This document shows positions 46,302 to 57,000 of a stretch of DNA of 64,000 nucleotides, in pieces (within the stretch, counting starts at the first letter, position 1; every line of letters starts with the position of its first letter). The position numbers were made by a program, and so were the translations under genes. The stretch is taken from positions 62,001 through 126,000 of the IMG/VR virus record IMGVR_UViG_3300046513_000221; one strand, given 5' to 3'. The notes beneath the pieces are model-generated. The model did no database searches. It was given only the letters and a program-made list of their open reading frames with translations, and had not been told where the DNA came from.

Positions 46302-48161
46302 ATGAGTAACGATATCGCATTTCTGCTGTCCACCGCATCCATCAAGTCCACGGATGACGGCGAGCCCGGACGTTTCAAGCTCACCAACGATTCCAAAGAG
46401 AAGATCTACCTCTCGTGGATCGATTTCACTGGCAGCATCAAGCAGTACGCGGTCATTGATCCCGGTCAGAGCTACGTTCAGCTCACCACGCAGACTTCCC
46501 ATGCGTGGCAGGTCAGCAGCGACAGCGGTAACGTCGCTTTCAAGTTCTTCCCAACTGTCTATGGCAACATCGATGTCAAGGGGTCCGGTACGCCGGTCTT
46601 CGAGTCGTTTGCCAACGCCACCGTCCATACCGACATCGGTAACTGGAACACCTACACTGGCTACGGCCTGATCAACGTCGGACGTTCCCTCGGCATCGCC
46701 GACACGGGCGACGACGGCTTCCATCTGGGCGGCAAGAACAACAATGTCGCTCTGGAGCTGATCAACGCACCAGTGGCATGGAAGAACGGCTTCACCGGCA
46801 AGGGCGTCAAGGTGGCGGTGATCGACTCCGGCATCGCCGACAACCCGGAGATCCACGGCAAGATCGTCGATCAGTGGGACTTCCGCGATAACGATTCCGA
46901 TGCTTCTCCGACGAACGGTGCCTACAAGGACCACTCTCTCGGCGTGGCATCGATCATCGCGGCCAATCACGACAACAAGGGCAACGCCCCGGATACGTCC
47001 GGCGTGGCCCCTGATGCGTCCCTGCTGAACGTGCGTGTCTCCAGCCCCGAAGGCGCTCGCGGCGACGACATCGCCAAGGGCATCATCTGGTCGGTGGATC
47101 ACGGTGCTGACGTTCTCTGCATCCCACTGCAGGGTGCCGGTGACGGCTACGACCAGTCCATCCACGATGCTCTGAAGTACGCCGCAGACCACAACGTCGT
47201 GAGCGTGGTGATCGGCGGTAACTTCGGCATCTACGGCGGCTCCGGTATCGGTCTGGCAGCTAAAGAAGGTCTTTGCATCACGGTAGGCAACTACGACGTG
47301 AATGTCGGTGACCCGTTCGGCTCGTCCAACCTTCCCGGCAATACCCCGTTTGACTGGGTGATGGCCTCCTCGACAGGCTACGTACCCAACTCGCACGGCG
47401 GTTACACATTCTACATGGATGGCGGCACCTCGTTCGCTGGTCCGTACGTCGCCGGTCTGGCCGCTCTGCTCGTGCAGAAGTATCCTGACGCTTCCGCGAA
47501 GTTCATCATGGACAAGATCGTCGAAGGTGCGACTGGCGTACCTAACGACGGTTCCTCCCGCACCGGGACTGCGCTGGCCGACAAGTTCATCAACACGAAC
47601 ATCGGCGAGCACTTCTTCGGCAAGGAGGGAATTGACACCGTGTCCTACGGCGGCAATCAGGGCGACTACACCGTAGCGAATACCAACGGTGTCTTCACGG
47701 TGACCGACAACCACACCAAGGTTGTGGACGCATTCTCCAGCGTGGAGCGCATCCAGTTCTCCGACCATGCCGTTGCCCTCGACATCGATGGTAATGCGGG
47801 TCAGGTGTACCGCCTCTACCAAGCGGCGTTCGACCGTAAGCCGGATGTGCAAGGTCTCGGCTTCTGGATCAACGCTATGGACAAGGGCATGACTTTGGAG
47901 CAAGTAGCCAAAGGCTTTCTCGACTCCCCGGAAATGAAGCGGGTCTATGGTGACACGAGCGATAAAGGCTTCATCACCAACCTGTACAGCAACGTGCTCC
48001 ACCGCACCGCCGATCAGGGCGGTTTCAACTGGCACGTTGATAACCTGTCCCACGGCGTTTCCCGCGTGCAGGAGCTGATCGGCTTCAGCGAAAGCGCGGA
48101 GAACGTTGCAAATCTGGTAGGCGTGATCAACCACGGCATTGATTTTGTGCCGGTAATCTAA
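46302..48161 (+). CDS. S8 subtilisin-family protease with N-terminal VHL-beta-like and C-terminal DUF4214 domains
   Basis: VAVIDSG, DHSLGVASII, GGTSFAGPYVAG; N-terminal LTNDS..LSWIDFTG..Y..I.PG....T..SHAW; C-terminal AGQVYRLYQAAFDRKPD..GLGFW..FSESAEN. Confidence 0.9.
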   Translation: MSNDIAFLLSTASIKSTDDGEPGRFKLTNDSKEKIYLSWIDFTGSIKQYAVIDPGQSYVQLTTQTSHAWQVSSDSGNVAFKFFPTVYGNIDVKGSGTPVFESFANATVHTDIGNWNTYTGYGLINVGRSLGIADTGDDGFHLGGKNNNVALELINAPVAWKNGFTGKGVKVAVIDSGIADNPEIHGKIVDQWDFRDNDSDASPTNGAYKDHSLGVASIIAANHDNKGNAPDTSGVAPDASLLNVRVSSPEGARGDDIAKGIIWSVDHGADVLCIPLQGAGDGYDQSIHDALKYAADHNVVSVVIGGNFGIYGGSGIGLAAKEGLCITVGNYDVNVGDPFGSSNLPGNTPFDWVMASSTGYVPNSHGGYTFYMDGGTSFAGPYVAGLAALLVQKYPDASAKFIMDKIVEGATGVPNDGSSRTGTALADKFINTNIGEHFFGKEGIDTVSYGGNQGDYTVANTNGVFTVTDNHTKVVDAFSSVERIQFSDHAVALDIDGNAGQVYRLYQAAFDRKPDVQGLGFWINAMDKGMTLEQVAKGFLDSPEMKRVYGDTSDKGFITNLYSNVLHRTADQGGFNWHVDNLSHGVSRVQELIGFSESAENVANLVGVINHGIDFVPVI

Positions 48162-48171
48162 GGAACTTGAT

Positions 48172-48789
48172 TTGATCGATATCGATAGACCTGATCGTAA
48201 CGGACGCATCTATGATCGTAGTGTCCTGAACGCTCTGATGGCGCAGATTGCCCTTTCCGGCCCCGGTCGTCAGCTTGTGCAAGAAGCTGCTCGCTCGATG
48301 CCGGAAAGGGTGGTGTTCATGACCGCATCACCTCGTAATTCGGGACGATGCTACGCGCACACCATGCACGGCCTGCACCGCCATTGGGATATCCAGCCTT
48401 ACGGACGCTATCACTGGCCCAAGCTGGACTACACCAGTCCAAGTAATCTGGACACGTTTTACGAACGTGGTAGTTTGCAAAATAACCTGAAGAGCGTCAA
48501 TGCTAAGAAGGCACTAGCTGCGGACTTCATCAGCGAGAGTCGTAAGCGCGCCGAGCGTAACAAACTCCGTCAGAAGGTGATGGAGGTACTGGTCAGTATG
48601 AAGACCTGTGGTTGGACCCGTTTCAACAACGAGAACGTTCCTCCTGTTGTTCCTCTGGATGTCACACGGGAAGGACTGCGGATGGGAGTATTCGAAGGAA
48701 AGAGTGTGGGGGAGATGCGAGTCACCAAAAAAGGTAGGAACCTGGTGAATAAACTGACTAAGGAAAGGGAAAGCCATGCAACAAGTTAA
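48172..48789 (+). CDS. Hypothetical protein
   Basis: 205 aa, TTG start, N-terminal DRNGRIY motif. Confidence 0.6.
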   Translation: MIDIDRPDRNGRIYDRSVLNALMAQIALSGPGRQLVQEAARSMPERVVFMTASPRNSGRCYAHTMHGLHRHWDIQPYGRYHWPKLDYTSPSNLDTFYERGSLQNNLKSVNAKKALAADFISESRKRAERNKLRQKVMEVLVSMKTCGWTRFNNENVPPVVPLDVTREGLRMGVFEGKSVGEMRVTKKGRNLVNKLTKERESHATS

Positions 48790-49153
48790 CACGCTGACTC
48801 TGGTCGGCACTCAGCCGTCCCGCTTGACCAAGGCGGTAGAGATCGCTATGAACCCTGAAGTAGACAACGTTCTGAAGCCTCGTAGCTTCACCTTCAGTCG
48901 GGAAGATGGTCTCATCCTGTTCTCCGAAAAGGAAGCGGGTGCGAATGTCTTCCGCTCGCCTGTCAACTCCGGCGACATCGCGGAGATGGCTCGCGAGTGG
49001 CTGAAGACCGAGGATGCGTCCAATGTCTCCTACGAGCAGTGGGAGAAGGAGGGCGTTGACCGCGACGGCTGGAAGGTCTACTGCGGTGCCAATCATCGTG
49101 TGGGCAACTACTCGAACGTGATCTGCGCGATCCGTCCGACTCAGGTCTGCTAA
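48776..49153 (+). CDS. Hypothetical protein
   Basis: 125 aa, overlapping start with RBS. Confidence 0.7.
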   Translation: MQQVNTLTLVGTQPSRLTKAVEIAMNPEVDNVLKPRSFTFSREDGLILFSEKEAGANVFRSPVNSGDIAEMAREWLKTEDASNVSYEQWEKEGVDRDGWKVYCGANHRVGNYSNVICAIRPTQVC

Positions 49154-49163
49154 AGTAGTTTCA

Positions 49164-49276
49164 AGGGGACGATCTCGGTCGTCTCCTGTTGTAAAACCGG
49201 GTATGCCACCGTCCCAAGCGGTACATGCTCGGTAACCCGAAAGGGTTCTAGCACTCCTTAGCTAAAACTAGGGAGT
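49164..49276 (+). ncRNA. Four-hairpin structured intergenic element (leader or sRNA)
   Basis: Four abutting stems with G-U pairs and a GAAA loop, no T tract. Confidence 0.35.
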
Positions 49277-49319
49277 TAACATTCGTGCTGTTCTTAGTAG
49301 AAAAAGAGAGGACACGGTC

Positions 49320-50150
49320 ATGAGCAGTCAGCAACACGCGGGTGAAGGTTCCCAGCAGCTGCAACGAGGGGATACCACCGCACATCAAAGCAGCGTATCG
49401 CAGACCAACGTACTGGTCGCGCGTTTCGACCGTAAGGACTACGATGTGGTTAGGGAGACGGTGAACCGCTTCAGGGCGAGGTTCGCTGATGTGGAGTTCC
49501 ACTTTGTCAAGTCGGAGCTCGGCACGCAGAGGGATTTCCTCTACGTTAACCGGATGCCGGACGGAACTGCGATAGGCGAGTTCTGGGGAATCCATCATGC
49601 CATGATGGCCTCTAAAGAAGCGGGGATTCCACTGAAGCTGGCGGAGACCTCGTTCAAGCCAGTCCTGACTGAGCCTCTAGTCATCAGACCTCCGAGTCTG
49701 GTCCCGGAGGAGTTCATCCATTCGTTCGACAAGAGCATGACGGAGATCTACTCTGAGGCGGCACGTCGCTTCCGGGCTGACAACCCTCATCTCTGGTTCA
49801 AGATCGTCTGGGGCGCAAGCGAGAACGCTCTTGTGGTCTACGGTCGTAATGGTAAGGAGGACATGGAAGACCTCGTCCACTGCGTCCATTACCTCATCGC
49901 CCACCAAAACGGCGATGGCACTTTCGACTGCTACACGCCGATGCATCGGGTCAGGGCTAATGATATTCGTCCGTTCAAGAGTGTATTTGTAAGGCAAAAG
50001 GATTCGCCGATCTATACCGAGTTTCGGTTAGTGTTCGCCGAGGAGCCTACAGAAGAAAAATGGCATGGGGATGCCTTAGCAGTTAACGTGAAGACGGGGG
50101 AGTGCGGCCATCTCTCCAGCTTCAGGTTAGAAGAAGTATTTGCTCCTTAG
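49320..50150 (+). CDS. Hypothetical protein (FHF..FWGIHH family)
   Basis: 276 aa, GAGG RBS. Confidence 0.7.
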   Translation: MSSQQHAGEGSQQLQRGDTTAHQSSVSQTNVLVARFDRKDYDVVRETVNRFRARFADVEFHFVKSELGTQRDFLYVNRMPDGTAIGEFWGIHHAMMASKEAGIPLKLAETSFKPVLTEPLVIRPPSLVPEEFIHSFDKSMTEIYSEAARRFRADNPHLWFKIVWGASENALVVYGRNGKEDMEDLVHCVHYLIAHQNGDGTFDCYTPMHRVRANDIRPFKSVFVRQKDSPIYTEFRLVFAEEPTEEKWHGDALAVNVKTGECGHLSSFRLEEVFAP

Positions 50151-50208
50151 AGAGATAAACCGGTCAAACAAGAGATTACGATGTAAACCTAGAGAAAGGA
50201 ACAGCATT

Positions 50209-50490
50209 GTGATCGAATCGATGACCGATCCGAATGATTCCGTCTGGACTTCCCGTGGGCGTAGGTTCGTAACTAACCTCCTTCCCGGCCAGTTGGAGAC
50301 GTACACCGAGTCAACGAGGGAATTCGAGCGTCGATACCCCGGCGTTCTGTTTCACTTCGGTGCTTCGTCAGTGGGAACACCGGGCGATCTTGGCCTTGAA
50401 GCGAGTTTTCCTCAAGGCCGTTTGCCAGACCTGAATAAGTTCTGGGGAATCCATCATGTGATAGAGAACCAACGATTCAGACGAATCTAG
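50209..50490 (+). CDS. Hypothetical protein, paralog of the N-terminal part of the 49320 ORF
   Basis: GTG 50209 (or ATG 50221) after AAGGA; AACA-N6-TA at 50167-50178; shared FWGIHH. Confidence 0.6.
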   Translation: MIESMTDPNDSVWTSRGRRFVTNLLPGQLETYTESTREFERRYPGVLFHFGASSVGTPGDLGLEASFPQGRLPDLNKFWGIHHVIENQRFRRI

Positions 50491-50494
50491 GATA

Positions 50495-50540
50495 AAAATC
50501 CCTATACCCTTTGCGGGGTATAGGGGTTCTTTTTTTTTTT
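50495..50540. terminator. Bidirectional terminator
   Basis: CCCTATACCC..GGGTATAGGG plus T11. Confidence 0.85.
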
Positions 50541-50557
50541 ACAAGCCGGGTTTCCGA

Positions 50558-51031
50558 TCACGCATGACGTTCTCCTTTGAGTTTGATTGCGGCGGCCTCA
50601 CGTTGGACCTTCTTCAGGTCTGCCATGTGGTCGCGGATCTTCTTCTCGCCGCGAATCTTCAGCGACACGTAGCGTGGACCTCCGGTGAGAAAGGTCTCCT
50701 TCGCGATCATCAGACCCAAGAGCTGCAGGATTATGATGGGGGTGAAGGTGAGCGCCACACCGGCCACGAAGACTCCGCCCCAAAAGATACCCTCGTGGCT
50801 CTTACCGTCGAGGATGTCAATCGCGAAGTCGCAGACCTTGATGGAATTGGCGATCTCATCTTCGAGTTCCTTCTTGTCCTCCGGATTACTTACCTTGGCG
50901 ATACGGTTCCGGTACATCTGGATCTCGGATGGATCAATGTGCGTCAACACCTTCTTCATCCCACTGTAGACTCGTTCAGGGGTCGATTCCCCGCTGAGGA
51001 GTTCGTTCAGGAATTCTTGCTGGCTTTTCAT
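50558..51031 (-). CDS. Hypothetical protein with a hydrophobic hairpin (possibly virion)
   Basis: 157 aa, IFWGGVFVAGVALTFTPIIILQLLGLMIA. Confidence 0.7.
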   Translation of the reverse strand: MKSQQEFLNELLSGESTPERVYSGMKKVLTHIDPSEIQMYRNRIAKVSNPEDKKELEDEIANSIKVCDFAIDILDGKSHEGIFWGGVFVAGVALTFTPIIILQLLGLMIAKETFLTGGPRYVSLKIRGEKKIRDHMADLKKVQREAAAIKLKGERHA

Positions 51032-51822
51032 GTTGGATCCTTGTCAAGACGAAATGCGGTTGCGAGTTCTACCATCAGTCCCTTAGCCGTCATCTCGTCG
51101 AAGAACGCCGCGTAGGTACGGGCGCTCACTATTTTGTTGAACCACGCATCGCAGACGACGTCTTCGGTCACGTAGATCGCGTCGAATGCGGTCAGGATGA
51201 ACCTGATCCGGTCAACCAGATCCCCGGCGACCGCGTCACTGTACGTCTCGACCCAACCGAATGGGACGCCATTCACGGTCTTGAGGAACTCGCCGAGCAG
51301 ATGGCACCGGGCCATGATCGACAAGTCCTCATCACCGCGATTGGTGATGTAGTAGTGGTGCATTTTCTTCAGCGCCTTGTTGTTGCCGTTCGAGTCAAAA
51401 GACCCGCCGATTACGTAGGCTAGCAGCATCTGCTGGAAGACAGCTCCACGGTTGACGATCTCCAGACCTTCCCCATCGAGACGGATCAGATCGGTCACGA
51501 GGAACGATCCCCTGAGACCGGTACCGTAGAAGCCCTCCGAGAAGGACAGTACGAAGTCTGAAGGAATCGCGGACGCGATGAAACCGTAATCCACATGCTC
51601 CCGGCTCCCGCTGGCCGCAAGGAGTCTCTCATGCGTCTCCGGTCGAAGCAGACGGTTGATCTCCTCATAGCCGGTACGACCATAGACCGAGCGGATGATC
51701 GGCGCTGCGAGCTGGTAGAGTCCACCGGCGATCATGCCGTGGTAGCGAATGAGATCATCCGGACGCTCGAACAGCCCTCTGTATGGTGCCATTCCGATGG
51801 CGAATTGTTTAAGCGTCCTCAT
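51028..51822 (-). CDS. Hypothetical protein
   Basis: 264 aa, AGGAG RBS. Confidence 0.7.
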   Translation of the reverse strand: MRTLKQFAIGMAPYRGLFERPDDLIRYHGMIAGGLYQLAAPIIRSVYGRTGYEEINRLLRPETHERLLAASGSREHVDYGFIASAIPSDFVLSFSEGFYGTGLRGSFLVTDLIRLDGEGLEIVNRGAVFQQMLLAYVIGGSFDSNGNNKALKKMHHYYITNRGDEDLSIMARCHLLGEFLKTVNGVPFGWVETYSDAVAGDLVDRIRFILTAFDAIYVTEDVVCDAWFNKIVSARTYAAFFDEMTAKGLMVELATAFRLDKDPT

Positions 51823-51830
51823 GATTTCTC

Positions 51831-52238
51831 CTATGCGGCGTGCTGGTGTTGTTGCTGCTGACGCTTCTGGATCTCGTGCTCGATGCGCGGGATGACCATG
51901 ATGCAGAACCGAACCAGATCGGCCAGAACCGGTTCGTGGTAACAGTCATCCCGTAGGCTGTGCAGACGATTGACGATGCTCTGCAGCTCGCCGACGCTCA
52001 TCCGGTCCACATCGTCACGGTGCAGGATACGATCATGGATCTCTCTTGCCTCATGACGAAGACGCTGTACATGCAACGCTGCGTCTTCATCGATGAGCAG
52101 CTGTTCCATCAGTTGGCTCACCGACGTGGAGTTGTCGTAGCGGCTAGTAGCCAGTTGCAGCTCGACTTCCACGAAGAACTGCTTGGTTGCTTCACGGCGT
52201 TCTGCCGGGTCTTGTATCAGTTGTTCAATTAAGTTCAT
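51831..52238 (-). CDS. Hypothetical helical protein
   Basis: Probable start MNLIEQ, ATGA overlap with the upstream stop. Confidence 0.65.
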   Translation of the reverse strand: MNLIEQLIQDPAERREATKQFFVEVELQLATSRYDNSTSVSQLMEQLLIDEDAALHVQRLRHEAREIHDRILHRDDVDRMSVGELQSIVNRLHSLRDDCYHEPVLADLVRFCIMVIPRIEHEIQKRQQQQHQHAA

Positions 52239-53926
52239 GATATCTCTTCTGGTGAAAATAGACTTGCCCACTCGTCCTCAACACCGGTGATCCCCTTGAG
52301 GGGTTCGGTCTCTTGGAGAGGGAAAGAGTCTGGTGCTGTGCCGTTGAGAGGCCAGCCCCCGGTGAGCGCGGAGGCGTCCATCTCACGGTCGATGTCGTGC
52401 ATGCTCTCGAACAGTACAACGTTGTTTTGCACGTTGTTCTCGTTGAGGCGGTTGACGTAGTCCACGCTACTCCGGCACTCACCGGAGAAGTCGTTGATCT
52501 TGGAGAAATCGGTCTGCACTTCGGAGAGATTACCGAGGAGAGAATTGGATACGCGGTACGTCTCCAGATTCGTGCCAAGATTCTGCGTCAGGATGTTGGA
52601 TTCATCGAAGCCGTAGGTCGAGACCACCTGCGAAGCCAGACCATTAGGAAGGCTACTGGTACTGGATGGGAAGGAGAAAGTCTGACCGGGAAGCTGCTTA
52701 GTCGAATCGATGTATTGAGTGCTGCGATCGTAATACTTGGTCGAAGTATCGACCTTAGCGTCCCGAGCACGGTACATATCGCCGGAGCAGCAGTAGCAAG
52801 CCGTCCTGTCCGAGAAGGAACCCTGATTCAGACCGTACTGCTGGTATGCCATCTGTTGATTAGCCGCCGAGAGGCCGGAGACCCCCATAGCCGTGCTGAT
52901 GAACGGGTCGTAGTTGCCGAACCTGTTGAGGGACTGGGCTGCGATACAGGCACTAACTGATTTGTTGCCAAACGATCCCTGCAAGGAGTTGCCCAGCGCC
53001 GTACCGAGGATACTCGATACACCGTTCTTTGTCATGAACCGACCCACCTCCGGAGAGATACCCGCTAGGGCGCTCTTCATCTGAGGTGGGATCTTGTCGG
53101 TTATACCGTTCACCGTGCTCTGGATCCCGGCGACGCCTTTAGCCGCGTACGATACAGCACCGTTAACGACACTCATAGTGCCGTTGATGGCTCCCATGAC
53201 ACCGGACACCGGTGACTTGAAGTCGAACGATGTACCGCTCGTCTGCGCCAGCTTGGTCAGACCCATAGAGAGCAGACCGAGGACCGTGTCTTCCTTGCAC
53301 TCCATCATCTTGGCGACATTGGAGATCGGATCCTTGATGGTAGGGATGTTGGTGTTAGAGCGAGCGCCGGGTGCGAACCCAGACAACGCATTGCCAGCTG
53401 CCTTGGCGATCTTCACCAGAGAGTTACCGATGCCCTTGATGCAGTCCTTGATGAAGTCTCCGTCCACCTTGGACAGACCGATCTTAAGGTCATCGAAGGC
53501 CATATCGATCTTATCCAAAAGATGACCAATGTTGAGGGACGCCACCTTGTCGGTGAGCTTACCAAGGAAATCGAGACACTCCGCACCCGCCTGTGCGATC
53601 AGGAGACCGGTCTGGATGCCAGTATCCACGATCCCCATCACGGCCTGGACACCAACTCGGGAGTTCAAGAGATTCCTATCGGCAGAGCCGAGAATGGAGC
53701 CCATGTTGCCGAAGTTGATGTTACCGCAGGGGAGGTTGTTGGAGACATACTGCTGTTTTGTGTAGCCACTGTATGGCCGAACGTTGGACTCAGTCGGCAG
53801 CAACTTGCTGAACGGCCTGATGAGTGAGTCCTTGATATCTACTGCTATCATGCTGTGCTCCTTGCACGTCGCATGCAATGAAGTCCAATCCGATATGGAA
53901 TGAACTCCATGAGGCATGACTTTCAT
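52235..53926 (-). CDS. Hypothetical virion (tail/baseplate) protein
   Basis: 563 aa, G/S-rich, divergent from the tape-measure gene, late motif at 53934-53945. Confidence 0.7.
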   Translation of the reverse strand: MKVMPHGVHSISDWTSLHATCKEHSMIAVDIKDSLIRPFSKLLPTESNVRPYSGYTKQQYVSNNLPCGNINFGNMGSILGSADRNLLNSRVGVQAVMGIVDTGIQTGLLIAQAGAECLDFLGKLTDKVASLNIGHLLDKIDMAFDDLKIGLSKVDGDFIKDCIKGIGNSLVKIAKAAGNALSGFAPGARSNTNIPTIKDPISNVAKMMECKEDTVLGLLSMGLTKLAQTSGTSFDFKSPVSGVMGAINGTMSVVNGAVSYAAKGVAGIQSTVNGITDKIPPQMKSALAGISPEVGRFMTKNGVSSILGTALGNSLQGSFGNKSVSACIAAQSLNRFGNYDPFISTAMGVSGLSAANQQMAYQQYGLNQGSFSDRTACYCCSGDMYRARDAKVDTSTKYYDRSTQYIDSTKQLPGQTFSFPSSTSSLPNGLASQVVSTYGFDESNILTQNLGTNLETYRVSNSLLGNLSEVQTDFSKINDFSGECRSSVDYVNRLNENNVQNNVVLFESMHDIDREMDASALTGGWPLNGTAPDSFPLQETEPLKGITGVEDEWASLFSPEEIS

Positions 53927-53933
53927 TGTCGAT

Positions 53934-53970
53934 TATTAAGGTGTTTCCTATGATGCGCAACACATTAGTA
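53934..53970. promoter_or_regulatory. Back-to-back late-type promoters (- 53934-53945; + 53959-53970)
   Basis: AACACCTTAATA and AACACATTAGTA. Confidence 0.7.
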
Positions 53971-54009
53971 ATCGAAATCAAGCAACTTTCTAGCATAGGG
54001 GCTACTAAC

Positions 54010-57000
54010 ATGGCCGGTTTATTCAAGAACATAATGAAGTCCCTGACGACTAAGGTAATCCCTGACATCGCCAAGAACGCATTCCCCACGGTTCAGCAGC
54101 TGAACGAGGAAAGGCGTCAGAACTTTAGAGAAGCTGAAGGTGTAATGGATGAGCTCGGCGTGAAGATGAACTCCTTCAAGGAGAACTTCGCCGGTCTCGG
54201 TACAATCCACAGGAATCTAGCTAAACAGCTGGGTTCCGGCAGCTTCGGCACCTCTCAGGAGGACGCCGACAACGCGATGATGAAGTCGATGTTCGGCATC
54301 GACTTCGACGAACCTATCGGCGGCGCGGATGATTCCGCCGACGGTGCGAAGGGTTCCAAGAAGGTCATCATCAACAATATCAACTCCTCGAAGATGCCTT
54401 CAGGTATCACCGAGGACGGTCTGGGTACCATCCAGTCCATCGCCAAGCAGACGAACGTCAACGCACGCGGTCTGGCCTCCAACGCCAAGATCCTCTCCTC
54501 CATCAACTACAATCTGGGTCTGATGAACGCCTTCCACATCGAGAAGACGTCAGCTTACTACGATCTGTCGCTGGAGTCGATGAAAGGCCTCATGGCCGGT
54601 CAGAAGGAGATGATGGACCAGAATAGGGCCATGGCGGATCACTATAAAGAGATGCAGGAGAACGCACGCCTTGATGCAATGAACCGCCAGCTCGACGTGA
54701 AGCAGGTGCTGAACCCGGCCAACTTCATGAAGCGCATCGCCGAGAACCCGCTCTTCAGCGATCTCGTGATGGGTGCCGCTGGCTCCAAGGTCAAGCAAGC
54801 CATTCAGGATCCTCTCGGTATGGCGGCTTCGCTCGCCGGTACGGCCATCATGCAGAAGTTCGCAGGTGGTCTGATCAACAGCGTGGAGCAGTTCGCCAAA
54901 GACTTGCCTTACATGGCACAGAATAAGTTCGAGAAGTGGTCCGGCTCCCGTGACTTCTCCAAGAGCGGCTTCAGTCTGACGAACGTCCTCGCCACGATCG
55001 GCGACAACCTGAAGCTGAACACCGCCGATGCGCGTGTCCGCATGAATCAGGACAAGGACGGCCCGGTAGCATGGGATGCCAAGGCACGCCGCGCACTGGT
55101 GACGGAGATCCCCGGATACCTCGCCAAGATGCTGCGTGAGCTGGAGGCGACCAACCACTTGATGGCCGACGCGTGGGGAACCAAGCGTCGCAACGTCGAG
55201 CATCAGGTCTACGACGGCATGACCGGATCCTTCACCTACGAGGGTGAGATCAAGAAGCGTCTGAACAAGAACATCAAGGACATCGATCAGGGCCAGCACT
55301 TCGGTGGTCTGGGCAGTCAGGTCGATACTGTTGCTCGCATGGGTAACATGTCCAAGTCCGAGGCCGCTAAGGTCAAGGCGATCATGATGAACATCGGCAA
55401 CTCCAACATGGCTGGCGAGGTCAACCTCCGCTCCAAGGAGAATGTCAAGGCCAACATGGCGAACTACGTCAAACAGACGTACAAGCGCAAAGAAGGTCAG
55501 ACCGACGAGAACTACAACAAGGCCATCGAACGCCGCATCGCAGCTCTGACGACTGGTAAGTCCGGTAAGTCGATTGACAAGTTCATCGGCACACTGCAGT
55601 CCTCCGGCACTGGCGGTAACGCCATTCGTCAGCAGACCCTCGACCGTCTGCTGGGCGAGCTGAACGGCACGTCCGACGCTTCCAAGAAGCAAGAGCTGCA
55701 AGAGGAGTACACCCGTCAAAAGGACATGTTTGACGAGGCAAAGAAGCGCGGTCGTAATGAGCTGGAGAAGACCGAATCGGCATTGAAACGCCATTCGCTC
55801 GACCGCTTCACCGCAGCAGAGCGCTTCGGCAACTCGCAGCGTGACTCCGCGTCCTCCAGTGTCTTCGCTATCAACAACATGTCCGGTCAGATGTCCAAGC
55901 GTCAGATGATCGCGCAGCGTACCAAGATGCCGGATGCCAGCGCCCTCGACAAGCTCGATGCATGGGCAGAGCGTCTGAAGGAACCCTTCGACAAGCTCAA
56001 TGCCTTCTTCAGCAAGTGGTACGGCAAGTTCGAAGTCAAGATGAATCAGGCTATGGACTGGGTCGGAGACAAGGTCAAGAAGGCTTGGGGCTGGATGAGC
56101 GACAAGGCCACCAAGGGCTACAACAAGGCCAAGGACGGCTTGAAGAACCTGAACGAGATGTTCCAGGCCAACATCGTCCTGCCTCTGAAGAAGCGCCTGA
56201 TGGGCGGTGATGAAGACAAGGCCAAGAAGCTCTCCTTCATGAAGGTCATGGAGATCAACTGGAACAAGAACGTCCTCCTGCCGTTCAAGCGCATGCTGCT
56301 CGGCGACGACAAGGATGCCGCCAAGAAGCTGTCGCTCTGGCAGACGATCAAGTTCAGCGCCAACAAGGCCATGCAGCCCGTCAAGGACTGGTTCAACAAA
56401 CAATTCGTGCCTTCGATGAAGGACATGTACAAGGAAGTCTCCGGCGAGGTCAAGAAGTACGCCCTCCAGTTCAAGGACTGGATCGTTAAGGATGTCTTCG
56501 GAGGCGGTAAAGCCTTCTTCAAGGGCATCTTCGGCGACGAAAACATCGCCAAGCTCCGCAAGAATCTGGTCGATCCATTCAAGAATGCCGTGAACAAACT
56601 GACCGACTCGCTCGGCGGTATGCTCAAGTTCTTCGCCCGTATCCCGGTCAACTTCTTCCGTGGTGTCGCAGACACTATCAAGATGAAGCGCTGGAAAAAG
56701 GGTGAGGGTAACTTCTCCGAAGAAGAGATCGAACGCTTCAAGGGTCACGAGGAGCGCGGCTCCGCTTTCGATTGGAAGAACAAAGGCAATCCAGCCAAGA
56801 AGGCTCAGGACGCTACCGCTGGTGTGCGCTCCGAGGCTACTGAAATGGGTGCCAACATCAACGAGGGTCTCGCAGACGGCATGCAGCAGACTCAGGATCA
56901 GGTTCAAGAGCAAGTGGACGAGGTAGCTCACACCAGCATCCTGGACCGTATCAAGAAGGCTCTGGGTATCCATTCTCCTTCCCGCGAGATGATTGCCATC

